Origin: an uncultured delta proteobacterium
GTDB taxonomy: Bacteria > Desulfobacterota > Syntrophobacteria > Syntrophobacterales > Syntrophobacteraceae
DNA length: 64,000 bases
Assembly (NCBI GenBank): GCA_963808625.1
Contig: CAWEHK010000043.1
Span: forward strand, 32,001-96,000
Direction of reading: 5' to 3'
This document shows, piece after piece, positions 33,445 to 45,009 of this stretch; positions within the stretch are counted from its first letter, which is position 1, and every line of letters starts with the position of its first letter. The notes under the pieces were generated by a model. That model made no database searches. It saw nothing but the letters and a program-made list of their open reading frames with translations, and was not told where the DNA came from. Made by a program: the position numbers and the translations under genes.

Positions 33445-33945
33445 GACGGCATCCCCTAAAGCGATCCACGAAGTCACACGAAGCTTTATTTCATCCACAA
33501 ATGAACACGAATCAAGCGGGCATGATTGCGAACCTCCCGTTTGGGATCAACGGAACGTCAGAGGCTGGTGTTCTCTCGCAGCTTAGAGCGTGTCAAAAAA
33601 GTCCCTGGAAGCGTCACCCCGGCATGCTTTCAGCCGGGGTCCAGGGTGTCAAAGAGCTGGATTCCGGCCAGGAGCGCGCCGGAATGACGAGCCTCGGTAC
33701 CTGCGCAAATCTTTGCAGGCAGCCTCAACCGAGGTTTTTTGACACGCTCTTAGAAATAAATTGCACATACCCTAACACACCTCGCCGCATTTTTTTATCT
33801 TGAAGATTGTCCAAGAAGCCAGTCTCCGTGTTTACGATCTCGTAATTTGTGCTTCCGTTGCTTGTTTTTGTCTCAGACTAACACTAAGATCCGTTTGCCT
33901 GAGCCGGCTTCCCCTCTTGTTGACCCTCCAAATGCGAGGAATGCC

Positions 33946-34175
33946 ATGACGACACTTACTGCAAATACACCATGGTCGTACCCGAGGATGCGCGTAAAGA
34001 ATTGGACCTTCGTCCCGGGATGATCGTCGATCTGAAGAAGAATGAGCGCGGGGAATGGGTCCTGGTGGCGCCTGCCGGCAAGGCGAAACGGTGGGTGGGG
34101 AAGTATCCTTCGAACCGGCATGTGGCCGAGGAAATGGCCGAGCTCCGCGGACGGGACGCCGGTGATTTCGATTGA
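33946..34175 (+). CDS. AbrB/MazE-type antitoxin (start region frameshifted)
   Basis: VVPEDARKELDLRPGMIVDL matches the AbrB swapped-hairpin pattern. Confidence 0.6.
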
Positions 34176-34233
34176 TCCCGGTATCCTCCTGGCGATCCTG
34201 CGGGGAGAAGCAAAACACCGTCAGGACGATTAG
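34162..34233 (+). pseudogene. Truncated VapC/PIN toxin N-terminus
   Basis: GTG-ISIDPGILLAILRGE overlaps the antitoxin stop, then ends just before a palindromic repeat (~34235-34365). Confidence 0.45.
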
Positions 34234-34730
34234 CTGGTGTCCATCCGGAAACCCCATAATTCGTAGGGGCGGGATTTATTCCCGCCCACAAGTTGGCGAG
34301 AAGCAGGGGATTTTCGGGAGGGGATAAACCCCTCCCCTACAGTCACACGCGTTTCCGGATGGAAACTGGCTGACGAGGAAAGGGCTTGAGCCGCCGTGTC
34401 AATGTTGCAGAGCGGAGGCAGCATAATTAATATTGTTGCGTAGAGCAAAGACGGCATTGGCAATGAAGGGTGTATGCTTGGCCGGGAGGGTTTCTCGGCC
34501 ATTGTTGTTTTGGTACGGAAGACGAGTCGCATCAGTTTGAGCGTGTGTTGATGGTAGGGTGGGTGGTAGGGTCGAGCGCAACATTTTGTTGTGCGAGCAA
34601 GAATATGATGTAAGATAAATTTTTTGAACGTGCTTTGCTGAGACCGCCCAGTTTCTCTGAAAGGGAACGAAGCGCTCCGGTAACGATATGGCTTGAACGA
34701 TCTGAACAACTTAGGTCAGGAGTACAGACG

Positions 34731-35561
34731 ATGTGGGAATATACGGATAAGGTTAAAGAACACTTTTTGAACCCGCGCAATGTCGGGGAGGTGGAAAATC
34801 CCGATGGGATCGCCGAGGTGGGTTCCATCGCCTGCGGGGATGCCCTCAAATTTACCTTCAAACTGGATGAGAACAAGCGGATCAAGGAGGCGAAATTCAA
34901 GACCTTCGGCTGCGCCAGCGCCATCGCTTCAGCCTCCGCCCTGACCGAGATGGTCAAGGGGATGACCGTCGATGAGGCCGAAAAGATCACCAACCAGGAT
35001 ATTGCCAAGTTTCTCGGCGGGCTTCCCGAGGAAAAGATGCACTGCTCGGTGATGGGACGTGAGGCCCTGGAAGCGGCCATCGCCCATTACAAGGGCATCC
35101 CCGAGCAGGCCGTCGAGGGGCAGATCGTCTGTGAGTGCTTCGGGGTGACGGATCGGGAAATCGAGCGGGCGATTCTCGAAAACCACCTGAAGACGATCGA
35201 AGAGGTCACCAATTACACCAAGGCGGGAGGCGGGTGCGGCAATTGCCACGGGGCCATCCAGGAAATCCTGGACCGGGTCCGCCTCGAGATGGAAACCAGG
35301 CCATCCCCCAAGCCCAGGTTGTCGAACATCCAGAAGATCAGGATGATCGAGGAGACCATCGAGCGGGAAATCCGGCCATCCCTGAAACACGACGGCGGCG
35401 ACATCGAGCTCCTCGATGTGGTCGGCAACCGCGTGATCGTCGCCACCAGGGGCGCCTGTGCCTCCTGCCAGGCTTCCAACATGACCCTCAAAAACTTCGT
35501 CGAGATCAAGCTCCGTGAACTGGTGTGGCCGGACCTGGTGGTCGAGGAGGAATCCCAATGA
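34731..35561 (+). CDS. nifU: Fe-S cluster assembly protein NifU
   Basis: MWEYTDKVKEHFLNPRNVG, CGDAL, FGCASA, KMHCS, VCECFG, GGGCGNC, GACASC (three-domain NifU). Confidence 0.95.
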   Translation: MWEYTDKVKEHFLNPRNVGEVENPDGIAEVGSIACGDALKFTFKLDENKRIKEAKFKTFGCASAIASASALTEMVKGMTVDEAEKITNQDIAKFLGGLPEEKMHCSVMGREALEAAIAHYKGIPEQAVEGQIVCECFGVTDREIERAILENHLKTIEEVTNYTKAGGGCGNCHGAIQEILDRVRLEMETRPSPKPRLSNIQKIRMIEETIEREIRPSLKHDGGDIELLDVVGNRVIVATRGACASCQASNMTLKNFVEIKLRELVWPDLVVEEESQ

Positions 35562-36737
35562 AAACCATCTATCTTGACAACAACGCCACGACCCAGGTTG
35601 CACCGGAAGTCCTGGAAGCGATGCTGCCCTACTTTCATGAGCTCTACGGCAACCCGTCGAGCATGCACCGCTTCGGCGGTCAGGTGGGACGGCAAGTGCG
35701 TGAAGCCCGTGAGCAAGTGGCGGCGCTGCTGGGCGCTTCCACGGATGAGATCATTTTCACCAGTTGCGGCTCGGAAAGCGACAACGCCGCCATCCGCTCG
35801 GCGCTGGCTTCCCAGCCCGGCAAACGGCATATTGTTACCAGCCGTGTTGAGCACCCCGCCGTAAAGGTGCTGTGTGCGCAACTGGTAAATGAGGGCTATC
35901 GCGTCACGGAACTGCCGGTTGACGGAGACGGCCGTCTCGACATGGAGCAATACCGGAGGAGCCTCACCCCGGATACGGCCATCGTCAGCCTGATGTGGGC
36001 CAACAACGAAACCGGGGTGATCTTTCCCGTTGAAAAGGCGGCCGAGATCGCCCGCGCCCGCAACATTCTGTTTCACACCGACGCCGTGCAGGCGGTCGGG
36101 AAGATCCCCATCAATCTGCGCACAACCGCCATCGACATGCTTTCCATCTCGGGTCACAAGCTCCATGCCCCGAAGGGCATCGGCGTGCTCTACGTGCGCA
36201 AGGGCACCAGGTTTTCCCCCTTTCTCATCGGCGGCCACCAGGAAAAGGGACGCCGCGGCGGGACGGAGAATACGCCGAGCATCATCGGTCTGGGCAAGGC
36301 ATGTGAGCTGGCCGCTCAGAACATGGACGCAGAAAACACCCGCGTCAAGCAGTTGCGGGACAAGCTCGAGAATGAGCTGCTGCACCGCGTGCCCAACAGC
36401 CGGGTGAACGGCGACCGCGTCAACCGCCTTCCCAACACGAGCAATATCAGCTTCGAATTTATCGAAGGGGAGGCGATCCTGCTCATGATGGACGAGTTCG
36501 GGATCTGTGCTTCGTCGGGTTCCGCCTGCACTTCCGGATCGCTGCAGCCGTCGCACGTGCTGCGCGCCATGGGCGTCCCCTTCACCATGGCCCACGGCTC
36601 GATACGGTTCAGCCTGAGCGTCTACAATACCGATGAGGAGATCGAATTCGTCATCGAAAAGCTGCCGCCGATCATCGAGACCCTGCGGGGGCATGTCCCC
36701 GTATTGGAGCTCAGTGCAGCAGTGCAGCCAGGCGTAG
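35558..36737 (+). CDS. nifS: Cysteine desulfurase NifS (frameshift in G-run near 36690)
   Basis: YLDNNATT, HTDAVQ, SGHKLHAPKG, SSGSACTS. Corrected end reads MSPYW...*. Confidence 0.95.
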
Positions 36738-37329
36738 GACTGCAACGAGGCTTCCGCAGGAAGCCTTCACTTGTGGGGCAGGCTTTCCAGCCTGATTTTT
36801 GGCCGGTTGGGCATGACAGGCTGGAAAGCCTGCCCCACACGGCTTGGACCTTTATCAAAATACCGTTGTAGTGCTGAGTGCAGCACAGCAGAATAGAGTG
36901 ACCATTGCCCAAAGGCGTCATTCCGGCAGGTTATAGGCCGGAATCCACAAAAGCTTGCTGGATACCGGCTTAAGGCATGCCGGTAGGACGAAGGGAAATT
37001 CGGACACTTATTTTTGCGACGCTGTACTAAGCAATTGTCGAAAATGAAAGTGGTTAAGGTTAAGAACCTGCTTTCTGCAGGAGCGGCGCTTTGCGGCGAC
37101 CTTGATAAAGTCGCGCCGAAGAGGCGCTCCTACCGAAAGGTGACGGCCCTGGCAAGGTGAAAGCTCTCTACCTTAATCGTTATGATAACTGACCACTGAT
37201 CCCTGGCCACTGACCACTAACCACTAACCACTGACAACTGATAACTGATCACTGGCCACTAACCACTAACCACTGACAACTGACCACTGATCACTGACCA
37301 CTGACCACTTCTTACAACCTGGATTGACC

Positions 37330-38295
37330 ATGCATGAAATATCGATAATGGACCAGTGCAAGATCGAAGTTGAAACGAGCAAGCATCACCGTGAAGCGAT
37401 TCCTGCAATCGTGGATGAGCTCGTCCTTTCCTGCAACCGGGAAAATTGTTTCGATCACGTGGGCCCCGAGCCGATCCCTTCGCGGGATGCGGTGATCGAC
37501 ATCGTCCAGAGGATCTGCCGCATTCTTTACCCGGGATATTTTGTCCGCACCCGCATCGATGAATTCAACTTGAGCTACTATTTTGGCCAGGAGGCCACGG
37601 CCCTCTTCGAGGTCCTGGCCGAGCAGGTGTCGGTGGCGTTGCGCCATGACTGCATCCGGCACAATCTGCCCTGCGTCAAGTGTGAGGAGCGCGGGCAGCA
37701 GATCGCCGTGGAGTTCATGAGCAAACTGTCCCGGCTGAGAGCAATCCTGGCGACCGATGTGCACGCGGCGTACGAGGGAGATCCGGCAGCGAAAAGCTAT
37801 GACGAGGTGATCTTCAGCTATCCGGGGCTCTTTGCCGTCAGCGTCTACCGGGTGGCTCATGAGCTCTGGGAACAGGGGGTGCCGTTCATCCCCCGCATCA
37901 TGAGCGAATACGCCCACAGTCTGACCGGCATCGACATCCATCCGGGCGCTCATATCGGGGAAAGCTTTTTCATCGACCATGGGACGGGAGTGGTGGTGGG
38001 CGAGACCACGGAGATCGGCAGGCATGTGCGGCTCTACCAGGGCGTGACCCTTGGCGCCCTTTCCCTGCCGCGCGATGCCGGTGAGCTCTACCGGAATAAG
38101 AAACGCCATCCCACCATCGAAGAGGATGTCATCATTTATGCGGGGGCCACGATCCTCGGCGGGGAAACCGTGATCGGGGCCCGTTCGGTCATCGGCGGAA
38201 ATGTGTGGCTCACCGATTCCGTGCCTCCCGACACCAAGGTGTTTCTGAAGAAACCCGAGCTCATCTTCAAGATGGGCGGGGGCGAGAGCTCATAA
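37330..38295 (+). CDS. cysE: Serine O-acetyltransferase
   Basis: GDPAA, TGIDIHPGA, FIDHGTGVV, YQGVTLG, KRHPT. Confidence 0.92.
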   Translation: MHEISIMDQCKIEVETSKHHREAIPAIVDELVLSCNRENCFDHVGPEPIPSRDAVIDIVQRICRILYPGYFVRTRIDEFNLSYYFGQEATALFEVLAEQVSVALRHDCIRHNLPCVKCEERGQQIAVEFMSKLSRLRAILATDVHAAYEGDPAAKSYDEVIFSYPGLFAVSVYRVAHELWEQGVPFIPRIMSEYAHSLTGIDIHPGAHIGESFFIDHGTGVVVGETTEIGRHVRLYQGVTLGALSLPRDAGELYRNKKRHPTIEEDVIIYAGATILGGETVIGARSVIGGNVWLTDSVPPDTKVFLKKPELIFKMGGGESS

Positions 38296-38744
38296 GGGCC
38301 CGGCACCGGCGCAGTTTGCCATCATATAATCATTCCGGATGAGGTCCTTTGGCGGGCGTCCAAAAATAAAGGGTCTTCTTTTACCACGAAGAGCACCAAG
38401 GACACGAAGGGTTTTCTTCGTGTTCTTCGTGTCCTTCGTGGTTTGAAAAGGGGCTGAATTGAGTGCAAATTTTTTTTGGACAGTTTCTTAGCTTCGTCAA
38501 ATCCGACAACCAACTGCAGAGTCCGCTGCGATCGCAGAGAAAGCCAATGATTCTCTCTGCGGACTCTGCGCTCTCTGCGGTGGAAAAGTAAACATTACGG
38601 GAGCTGCATGCGGAGCGCGGTGATCGCTATTTTTCCGGCAGGGCCCATTCCCGAAGATCGAAGATCTTGGAATTGGATGTTTTTTGTGCCATAAAGCATA
38701 ATCTTTTTGAGGATGGCGATTCCAAATAGAATGAGGGACATTTC

Positions 38745-40062
38745 ATGGTGAAGAAACACAAGAAAACCATTTTCGTGCTCGCGGCGTTGGTGATCCTGCT
38801 GACGGGATGGTCGAGCCTCAAGGCCAAGACCGCCGAGGAGCATCCCGACGTTTACCAGTATTTGAGGCTGTTCAGTGACGTCTTGAACATCGTTCAGGAC
38901 AACTATGTCGAGAAAGTGGACCTGAAGAAGCTCATGTACGGCGCCGTCAGCGGCATGCTTCGGGAACTGGACCCACATTCCTCCTTTCTCAAACCGGAGG
39001 AATACAAAGAGCTGCAGGTTGAAACCAAGGGCAAATTCGGCGGGTTGGGCATCGAAATCACCATGAAGGACAATATCCTGACGGTGGTTTCCCCGCTCGA
39101 GGGGACCCCGGCCGACAAGGCAGGGATGCAGGCCGGCGACCAGATCATCAGGATCGACGAACAGCCGACGCAGGATATGTCGCTGACCGAGGCCGTGCAG
39201 AAGATGCGCGGCCCCAAAGGCACCAAAGTGAAGCTTACCGTGATCAGGAAGGGCGAACGCAAGCCGTTGGAGTTCGAGTTAACCAGGGACATGATCTCGA
39301 TCCAGAGCGTCAAGTGGCGCATGCTTGAACCAGGGTACGGATATGTTCGGGTCTCCAGTTTCCAAAGCGGCACCGCTGCTGACCTTCGCAAGGCCCTCGA
39401 CCAACTCGAGAGCGGTAGTCCTCCCCTGAAGGGTTTGGTTCTGGACCTTCGGAACGATCCCGGGGGACTGCTGGACCAGGCGGTCGAGGTCGCTGATGAA
39501 TTCATCAACGAGGGCTTGATTGTCTACACGGGCGGGCGTCTGGACAACCAGAAGATGCGTTTCGAAGCCCACAAGAACAGCAAACCGCACAACTTCCCCA
39601 TCGTGGCGCTGGTCAATTCGGGCAGTGCGAGCGCCTCGGAAATCGTGGCGGGGGCCCTCCAGGACCATAAGCGCGCAATCATCATGGGCGAGCCCACCTT
39701 CGGCAAGGGGTCCGTGCAAACCGTCATTCCCTTGAGTGACGGTGCGGCCCTGCGGCTCACCACCTCGCTCTACTACACCCCGTCGGGACGCTCCATCCAG
39801 GCCAAAGGGATCGAACCCGACATCCTGGTCAAGCGAGAGGCGCCTCCGAAGACCGAAGACGAGGGAGCAGAAGAGCTCAGGCGCATTCGCGAGAAGGACC
39901 TCCCGCGGCACATGGAAACGGTGAAGCCGGAGCCGGGAGACACCAAGCCGGCGAGCGACCCAACTTGAGACGCAGAAGATGCTGGAACAGGACAACCAGC
40001 TGCGGCGTGCCCTGGACCTGTTGAAGGGATACCAGATCCTGGGACAGATGAACGCCAGCTGA
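38745..40062 (+). CDS. ctpA: S41 family carboxyl-terminal processing protease (frameshift near 39960)
   Basis: LDPHS, GGLGIEI (PDZ), DLRNDPGGLL, SASASEI, FGKGSVQ. Shifted tail DNQLRRALDLL. Confidence 0.92.
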
Positions 40063-40076
40063 AATCCTGAATAACC

Positions 40077-41312
40077 ATGGCTCAGATGGCTTCCCGGACG
40101 ACCCCCGGGAAAGGCAAAAACTCCGGGAGAAAAGCCCCGGGCAATCAAGGCAGCGGCCGGCAGCGGAGAAGAAGTCCCGGGAAAGCCGGAGGTCGAGGCT
40201 TTGGCCCCTCCTTTCTGAAATTTGCGAAGTCTCCGCGCATGGCCGTTCTGCTGGTCTGGCTGGTGGCCGCCACGGCCCTGGCGGGGCTGATTTACTGGGG
40301 GAAGAGTTCCAAGCCGGCCCATCAGCCCCGACCTGAAGCGGCGGCAAAGAGCCAGGGAACTTCCCGGGAAAAGGCCTTTGATCATCGCGGCCCGCCCAAA
40401 ACCGGCGAAGCGGCACGGCAGCGGACAGCGGCCCGCGATGACAAGCATGAGAACACGGCGGCAGCTGACAAACACCTCTCCGCCGTCCAGGGACCCGCAA
40501 AACCACGAGACCCCCCCGCATCCGACGCGCATGAAACCCGCGCTCACAACCATTATGCGTCACGGGCCCCGGTACCCAATACCGATGAGCTGCCGACTCC
40601 CCCGCCCTCGGTACAGCCCCCTCCTCCCGCCCCGATACCGCCTCTGGCCAGGGTGGCGATTGTGATCGATGATTTTGGGCCGAACCTGGAAATTGCCGGG
40701 AAATTTGTGGAACTTCCCCTTCCCCTTACCTTTTCCGTCCTCCCCCACCAGCAGTACAGCCAGGAGATTGCGGAACTGGCCCACGCGCACCACCGGCAGG
40801 TCATTCTCCATCTGCCCATGGAACCGCAGGGCTATCCCAGGGTAAAGCCGGGCAAAGGGGCCTTGCTGCTCTCCATGTCCGGCGATGCAATTCAGGAATC
40901 GCTGGGCAGGGCTCTGGACACCAGCCCCTATTTCGCAGGGATAAATAACCACATGGGGTCGCGCTTCACCGAGAATGCCGCAGTCATGAAAACGGTCCTC
41001 GAAGAGGCGAAAAAGCGAAATCTGTATTTCGTTGACAGCTACACAAGCCCGCGCAGCGTGGCGGCCTCGGTGGCGCAAAAGGTCCATATTCCATTCCGAC
41101 GCCGCGATGTCTTCCTTGATAACAATCCGGCGGAAGATGCCATTCGGGCGCAGATCAGGCAGGTCATACGCCGGGCAAAAATCCAGGGTCTCGCCCTGGC
41201 TATCGGCCACTGCCATGAATCGACCCTGCGAGCACTCGGCCGGGAGGTGGAAACATTCGATCGGGAGAAGGTTGCCGTGGTGTCTGCGGGGGAGCTGATG
41301 CCGGAGCTGTGA
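40077..41312 (+). CDS. Divergent polysaccharide deacetylase family protein
   Basis: AIVIDDFG, HLPMEP, NNHMGS, FVDSYT, RDVFLDN, AIGH. Follows ctpA. Confidence 0.9.
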   Translation: MAQMASRTTPGKGKNSGRKAPGNQGSGRQRRRSPGKAGGRGFGPSFLKFAKSPRMAVLLVWLVAATALAGLIYWGKSSKPAHQPRPEAAAKSQGTSREKAFDHRGPPKTGEAARQRTAARDDKHENTAAADKHLSAVQGPAKPRDPPASDAHETRAHNHYASRAPVPNTDELPTPPPSVQPPPPAPIPPLARVAIVIDDFGPNLEIAGKFVELPLPLTFSVLPHQQYSQEIAELAHAHHRQVILHLPMEPQGYPRVKPGKGALLLSMSGDAIQESLGRALDTSPYFAGINNHMGSRFTENAAVMKTVLEEAKKRNLYFVDSYTSPRSVAASVAQKVHIPFRRRDVFLDNNPAEDAIRAQIRQVIRRAKIQGLALAIGHCHESTLRALGREVETFDREKVAVVSAGELMPEL

Positions 41313-41582
41313 GCCGCCTTTTTTGATCTTGACCTTTCGGGTCGGAGAAGCTATCCAGAGCGAGCGCAAACTTGGGGAAATCGGAGACGATGTCAAAACC
41401 GGCTCACCCAGTCACCCCGGTGGAAACCGGGGTCCAGAATCCCTGGGAAAACCTGGGGTCAGGGCTTTAGCCGGAATGACGATTTACGGCGATTTAGCCG
41501 TTTTGAGTCAGTTCCTGAGGTTTCGACATTTTGAATTTCTTGAAGGACGACCTGGCCTGTTGGCAAAGGAGGAAAAAGAATT

Positions 41583-42710
41583 ATGAATCGTGTCTTCAAA
41601 TCATGCCTGTTGATTCTGGCTTGGAGTTTATGCCTGAGTTGGGCCCATGCTGCCGGTCCGGCAGCCAACCCTGCGCAGCCCAAGCCGGCAGCCCCGGCAG
41701 CTTCTCCGGACGCACCGGCCATCCAGGTGCCCGAAGCGACCTATGATTTTGGAGAAGCCCTCGAAGGGGTTGAAGTTACTCATGACTATAAGATCAAGAA
41801 CACCGGCAAAGGAGAGCTGCAGATCACTCAGGTGCGCCCTGGTTGAGGCTGCGCAGTAGCCCAGTTTGATCGGGCGATCCCTCCCGGAGGCGAGGGAAAA
41901 GTGACACTGAAGGTCAATCTCAAAGGCTATCAGGGAAACGTCAAAAAAACCGCTACCGTGTTTAGCAACGACCCTCAGAATGAACGAACCATGCTGGTTC
42001 TACAGGGAAACGTCAAAGCCCTGATCGACGTTCAGCCCAACAATGTTGCGTTCCGAGGGTTGGCGGACCAGATGGAGGAGAAAACCGTCGAGCTCGTCAG
42101 CACTTCGCAACGATTCACGATTCAGAACGTCGAGAGCAACCTCGGAGAGAAGGTCCGCTATAAGCTGGAGACGGTGGAGGCGGGAAAGCATTATCGTTTG
42201 AAAGTCGCCAATCTCTTGAAACAAGGGAACTACAGCGGGTACATAAAATGCTTTACGGACGTCCCGGAAAAAGCGGAGATTATGATTCGCATAAACGGGT
42301 TCATCGAAGGGGACGTGGCGGTCAAACCGTTGATGGTGTTGGTTGGGAAAATGGCCACTCAACAACCGGTGCGCACCGGAAAGGTGCTCGTTGTCAGCAA
42401 CCGCAACAAACCCTTTCAAATCAAGAAGCTCACCTACGATGAAAAACTGATCGATGTCAAACAGGAACCTCTTCCCAAGGAACCGGGCTTCAGTCTCGAA
42501 ATTTCCCCCAAGATGGAAAATGTTCCGCCCGAGACAGGGGGCAGACAACAGACAACGTTGACGATTCAAACCGACGTCCCGACTGATGAACCACAGGTGG
42601 TCCAGGTCCATATCGTCAACAGTGCGGATGCGACCCCTTCTCCTCCCGCCGGCCAGAAAGTGCCTTCGGCCGCGCCACCGGGTGAAGCTCCGGATAAGAC
42701 CCCGCAATAA
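41583..42710 (+). CDS. Exported DUF1573 (Ig-like) protein with in-frame UGA at 41844-41846, probably selenocysteine
   Basis: ORFs 41583-41846 and 41901-42710 share a frame. Read-through gives YDFG...KNTGKGELQITQVRPG-U-GCAVAQFDRAIPPGGEGKVTL, with U at the first Cys of the family CGC motif. Confidence 0.8.
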
Positions 42711-42909
42711 TGCTGCCCCTCTTATCCTCCCCCGCCTGGAAGGCCGGGGAGGATAAGAGGAGAGCGGTTCCCGCGATAGATTTTCAGCTAATGCATTTCA
42801 CCGAACTGCTCATGCAGGGCGGGCTTTCCAGCCTGCCTGGCCGTTCTGGCAGGCTGGAAAGCCTGCCCTACAGATTTTGCAACTATTATCCCGAAAGTCT
42901 AAATGGAAT

Positions 42910-44235
42910 CAGTGGTGTCCGGTTAGGTTTTTGCAATTAAGCTGTCTCCTCGCTGCTCTTTGAAATCCGAAGGAATCGGAGGTTTTTGTTGGGAATCGCG
43001 AAGCTCGTTCTGGATTCTTATGCGGAGCTCTCTTACTCGCTTGATGCTGACCTTTTCCTGGTAGTGATTATGACAATAGATGGCTAGCAGCAGATAGGTA
43101 ATAAGTCCGGAGAGAATTTGCACCATCAACCCGTACTCTGTCCTTGCGATAAGGTGATAGACCTTCAGATGACGTTTCCACCAGGCAAAAAACTTCTCGA
43201 TTTGCCAACGCAGTTTATAGATAAAAGCGATCTGCTCGGCAAAGAGATCATGGCGATCGGTAGCCACCCAGTAGTCTACGTTATCGACACGGTATCCAAC
43301 AAGGCGAACTTGCTTTTGTGTCTGGTTAATACCTGGAGTCCCGAGCAGAACGATAGCATCGTAGAAGACGATGCTGTTGGTTGGGACCGAGTTCATTTGA
43401 ATGCAAGTTTTCTTGGTATTTGCCTTGATACGGCAGACAAAGTGCTTGCCGTCGGTTTGCCATTGATCAAAGCTTTTGTGGCACTGATAGCCCCGGTCCA
43501 TGACACCAGTCTGGCCAGGTGAGAGGATCATGGCAACAAAGGGGCGCTCACCCTCCTTACCGTCGGTGAGAAAGATTTTGGAGGGAATACCACGATTGAT
43601 GTCAAAGCCAACATGGACTTTAGCTTTCTTTGAACCGTCCCGGTAGTCAGCCCAGTACATAGAGAGGACAGCCTGGATGAGCGAGCCGTCAATGCCCACC
43701 AGTTCACCAAGTTCGGTGTGCTGGGCGGGTAAAACATTAGAGGCTTGGTTCTGAAGTTGCTGGTACACGTGACCAAGCTGTTCAAGACCGCGATTGTTAA
43801 TGGCCTCGAAAAAACTGCTCTTCTGGATGCCATCGGGAGGCGCAATGTGATTGCGGGCGAAGTCATCCTCTTCAAGAGCCTGGATTAGATGCCGCCCAGA
43901 GGTGTGTTCCTCGAGATGAAAGTAAACCAATGCTTTGAGTTGTTGTTCGAAGTTCATCTGCAAGGGTCGGTTCCCTCTTGCCACCAGGGGATTAGCAGTA
44001 GCAAGGGTGATTTCAGTTGGTTTGAAGAGCTCATCAAAACTCGGCGTAGCGTACTTACGGTCGTAAGGGTGGAATGTCTTCGGCATTTTCGTAACTCCTT
44101 AGAAATATAGGATTTTCCGAAAATGGCCGCGACCCACACCTTAATTGAAATGTCAAGTAAAAAAGTGACTCAACCTGTTGTTTTTTGACATTTTTTACAC
44201 CTTATCATATGCAATTTCTTAACCGGACATCACTG
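42910..44235 (-). mobile_element. IS4-family insertion sequence (1326 bp)
   Basis: TIRs CAGTGGTGTCCGGTTA / (rc) CAGTGATGTCCGGTTA. 9-bp target duplication AAATGGAAT at 42901-42909 and 44236-44244. Confidence 0.92.
42923..44086 (-). CDS. IS4-family DDE transposase
   Basis: IDGS, MDRGY, YKLRWQIEKFFAWWK (YREK motif). Confidence 0.93.
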   Translation of the reverse strand: MPKTFHPYDRKYATPSFDELFKPTEITLATANPLVARGNRPLQMNFEQQLKALVYFHLEEHTSGRHLIQALEEDDFARNHIAPPDGIQKSSFFEAINNRGLEQLGHVYQQLQNQASNVLPAQHTELGELVGIDGSLIQAVLSMYWADYRDGSKKAKVHVGFDINRGIPSKIFLTDGKEGERPFVAMILSPGQTGVMDRGYQCHKSFDQWQTDGKHFVCRIKANTKKTCIQMNSVPTNSIVFYDAIVLLGTPGINQTQKQVRLVGYRVDNVDYWVATDRHDLFAEQIAFIYKLRWQIEKFFAWWKRHLKVYHLIARTEYGLMVQILSGLITYLLLAIYCHNHYQEKVSIKRVRELRIRIQNELRDSQQKPPIPSDFKEQRGDSLIAKT

Positions 44236-44372
44236 AAATGGAATACCATTCCGTAGCCGTCCCGACGACGGCAGAGGACCGGCCCCGGCCTTTGACAGTC
44301 CCGGAGCCGGCATAGCGGCCGGACGATTCGGTTGCGAGGGAGGTAGGGATGCCTGAGGAAAGGTCCGGAGGA

Positions 44373-44858
44373 CTATTGTTCAATGGGAAGGTTAAACTGC
44401 TGCCACAGTTTCCAGCCGTCGGCAAGGATGCGCACTTGATCGTAGCCTTTCGCCAGGAGTGCCGACGCGAGTTCCCTGCTCAGGCTGCAACTTTCACCAT
44501 CACAGTAGGTAATAATAATCGTGTCACGAGGAATACCCGCCATGACGTGCGGAAAGCGTCGATCAAAATCTTCCCACGGCAGGCTCCTGGCGCCTGCAAT
44601 ACGCCCTTTGCGGTAGTGTTCCTTGGATCGGGCATCGAGAAACAAGGCTCGCTGCTCAAAGAACAAAGCTTCAGCATCTTCAATGGTAATGGCCAGATTA
44701 TCTCCGTTCGAGGCCGATTTGACCTCAACCCCGGGAGAGGCACCCGGAACAAGCGGCAACCCTTGATCGCGCAGAAAGTTGACGCCCAGGCCAATCCCCA
44801 TGGCAATGATAAGAACGGCCGTACTTTGCCACATCGCCTGAAACCATGAATCGGTCAT
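44373..44858 (-). CDS. Membrane-anchored rhodanese-domain protein
   Basis: FLDARS...GRIAGA, TYCDGESC, GWKLW. Confidence 0.85.
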   Translation of the reverse strand: MTDSWFQAMWQSTAVLIIAMGIGLGVNFLRDQGLPLVPGASPGVEVKSASNGDNLAITIEDAEALFFEQRALFLDARSKEHYRKGRIAGARSLPWEDFDRRFPHVMAGIPRDTIIITYCDGESCSLSRELASALLAKGYDQVRILADGWKLWQQFNLPIEQ

Positions 44859-45009
44859 GTTGTTGGCTTTTAGCTTTTGGCTTTTGGTTCTTGGATTTGG
44901 ATGGCACAAACGCTCGCCCGCACTCAAGCCGCGAGTCACTACCACCACCCATCACTCATCACTCATCACTCGGCACCCAGCACTCTCACTCAGCACTCTC
45001 ACTCATCAC

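Noticed and set aside
37190..37310. Short tandem arrays and REP clusters as CRISPR arrays
   Set aside because: They are heptamer microsatellites or palindromes without unique spacers of constant length, and there are no cas genes in the window.
34731..38295. Nitrogen fixation cluster
   Set aside because: Only nifU-nifS-cysE are present, with no nifHDK. This fits a housekeeping NIF-type Fe-S assembly system.
44300..44372. RNase P RNA-like words (GGCCGGACGAT...GAGGAAAGGTCCGG)
   Set aside because: The match to GAGGAAAGTCC is imperfect, and the rest of the RNA would overlap the rhodanese gene with no further conserved motifs.
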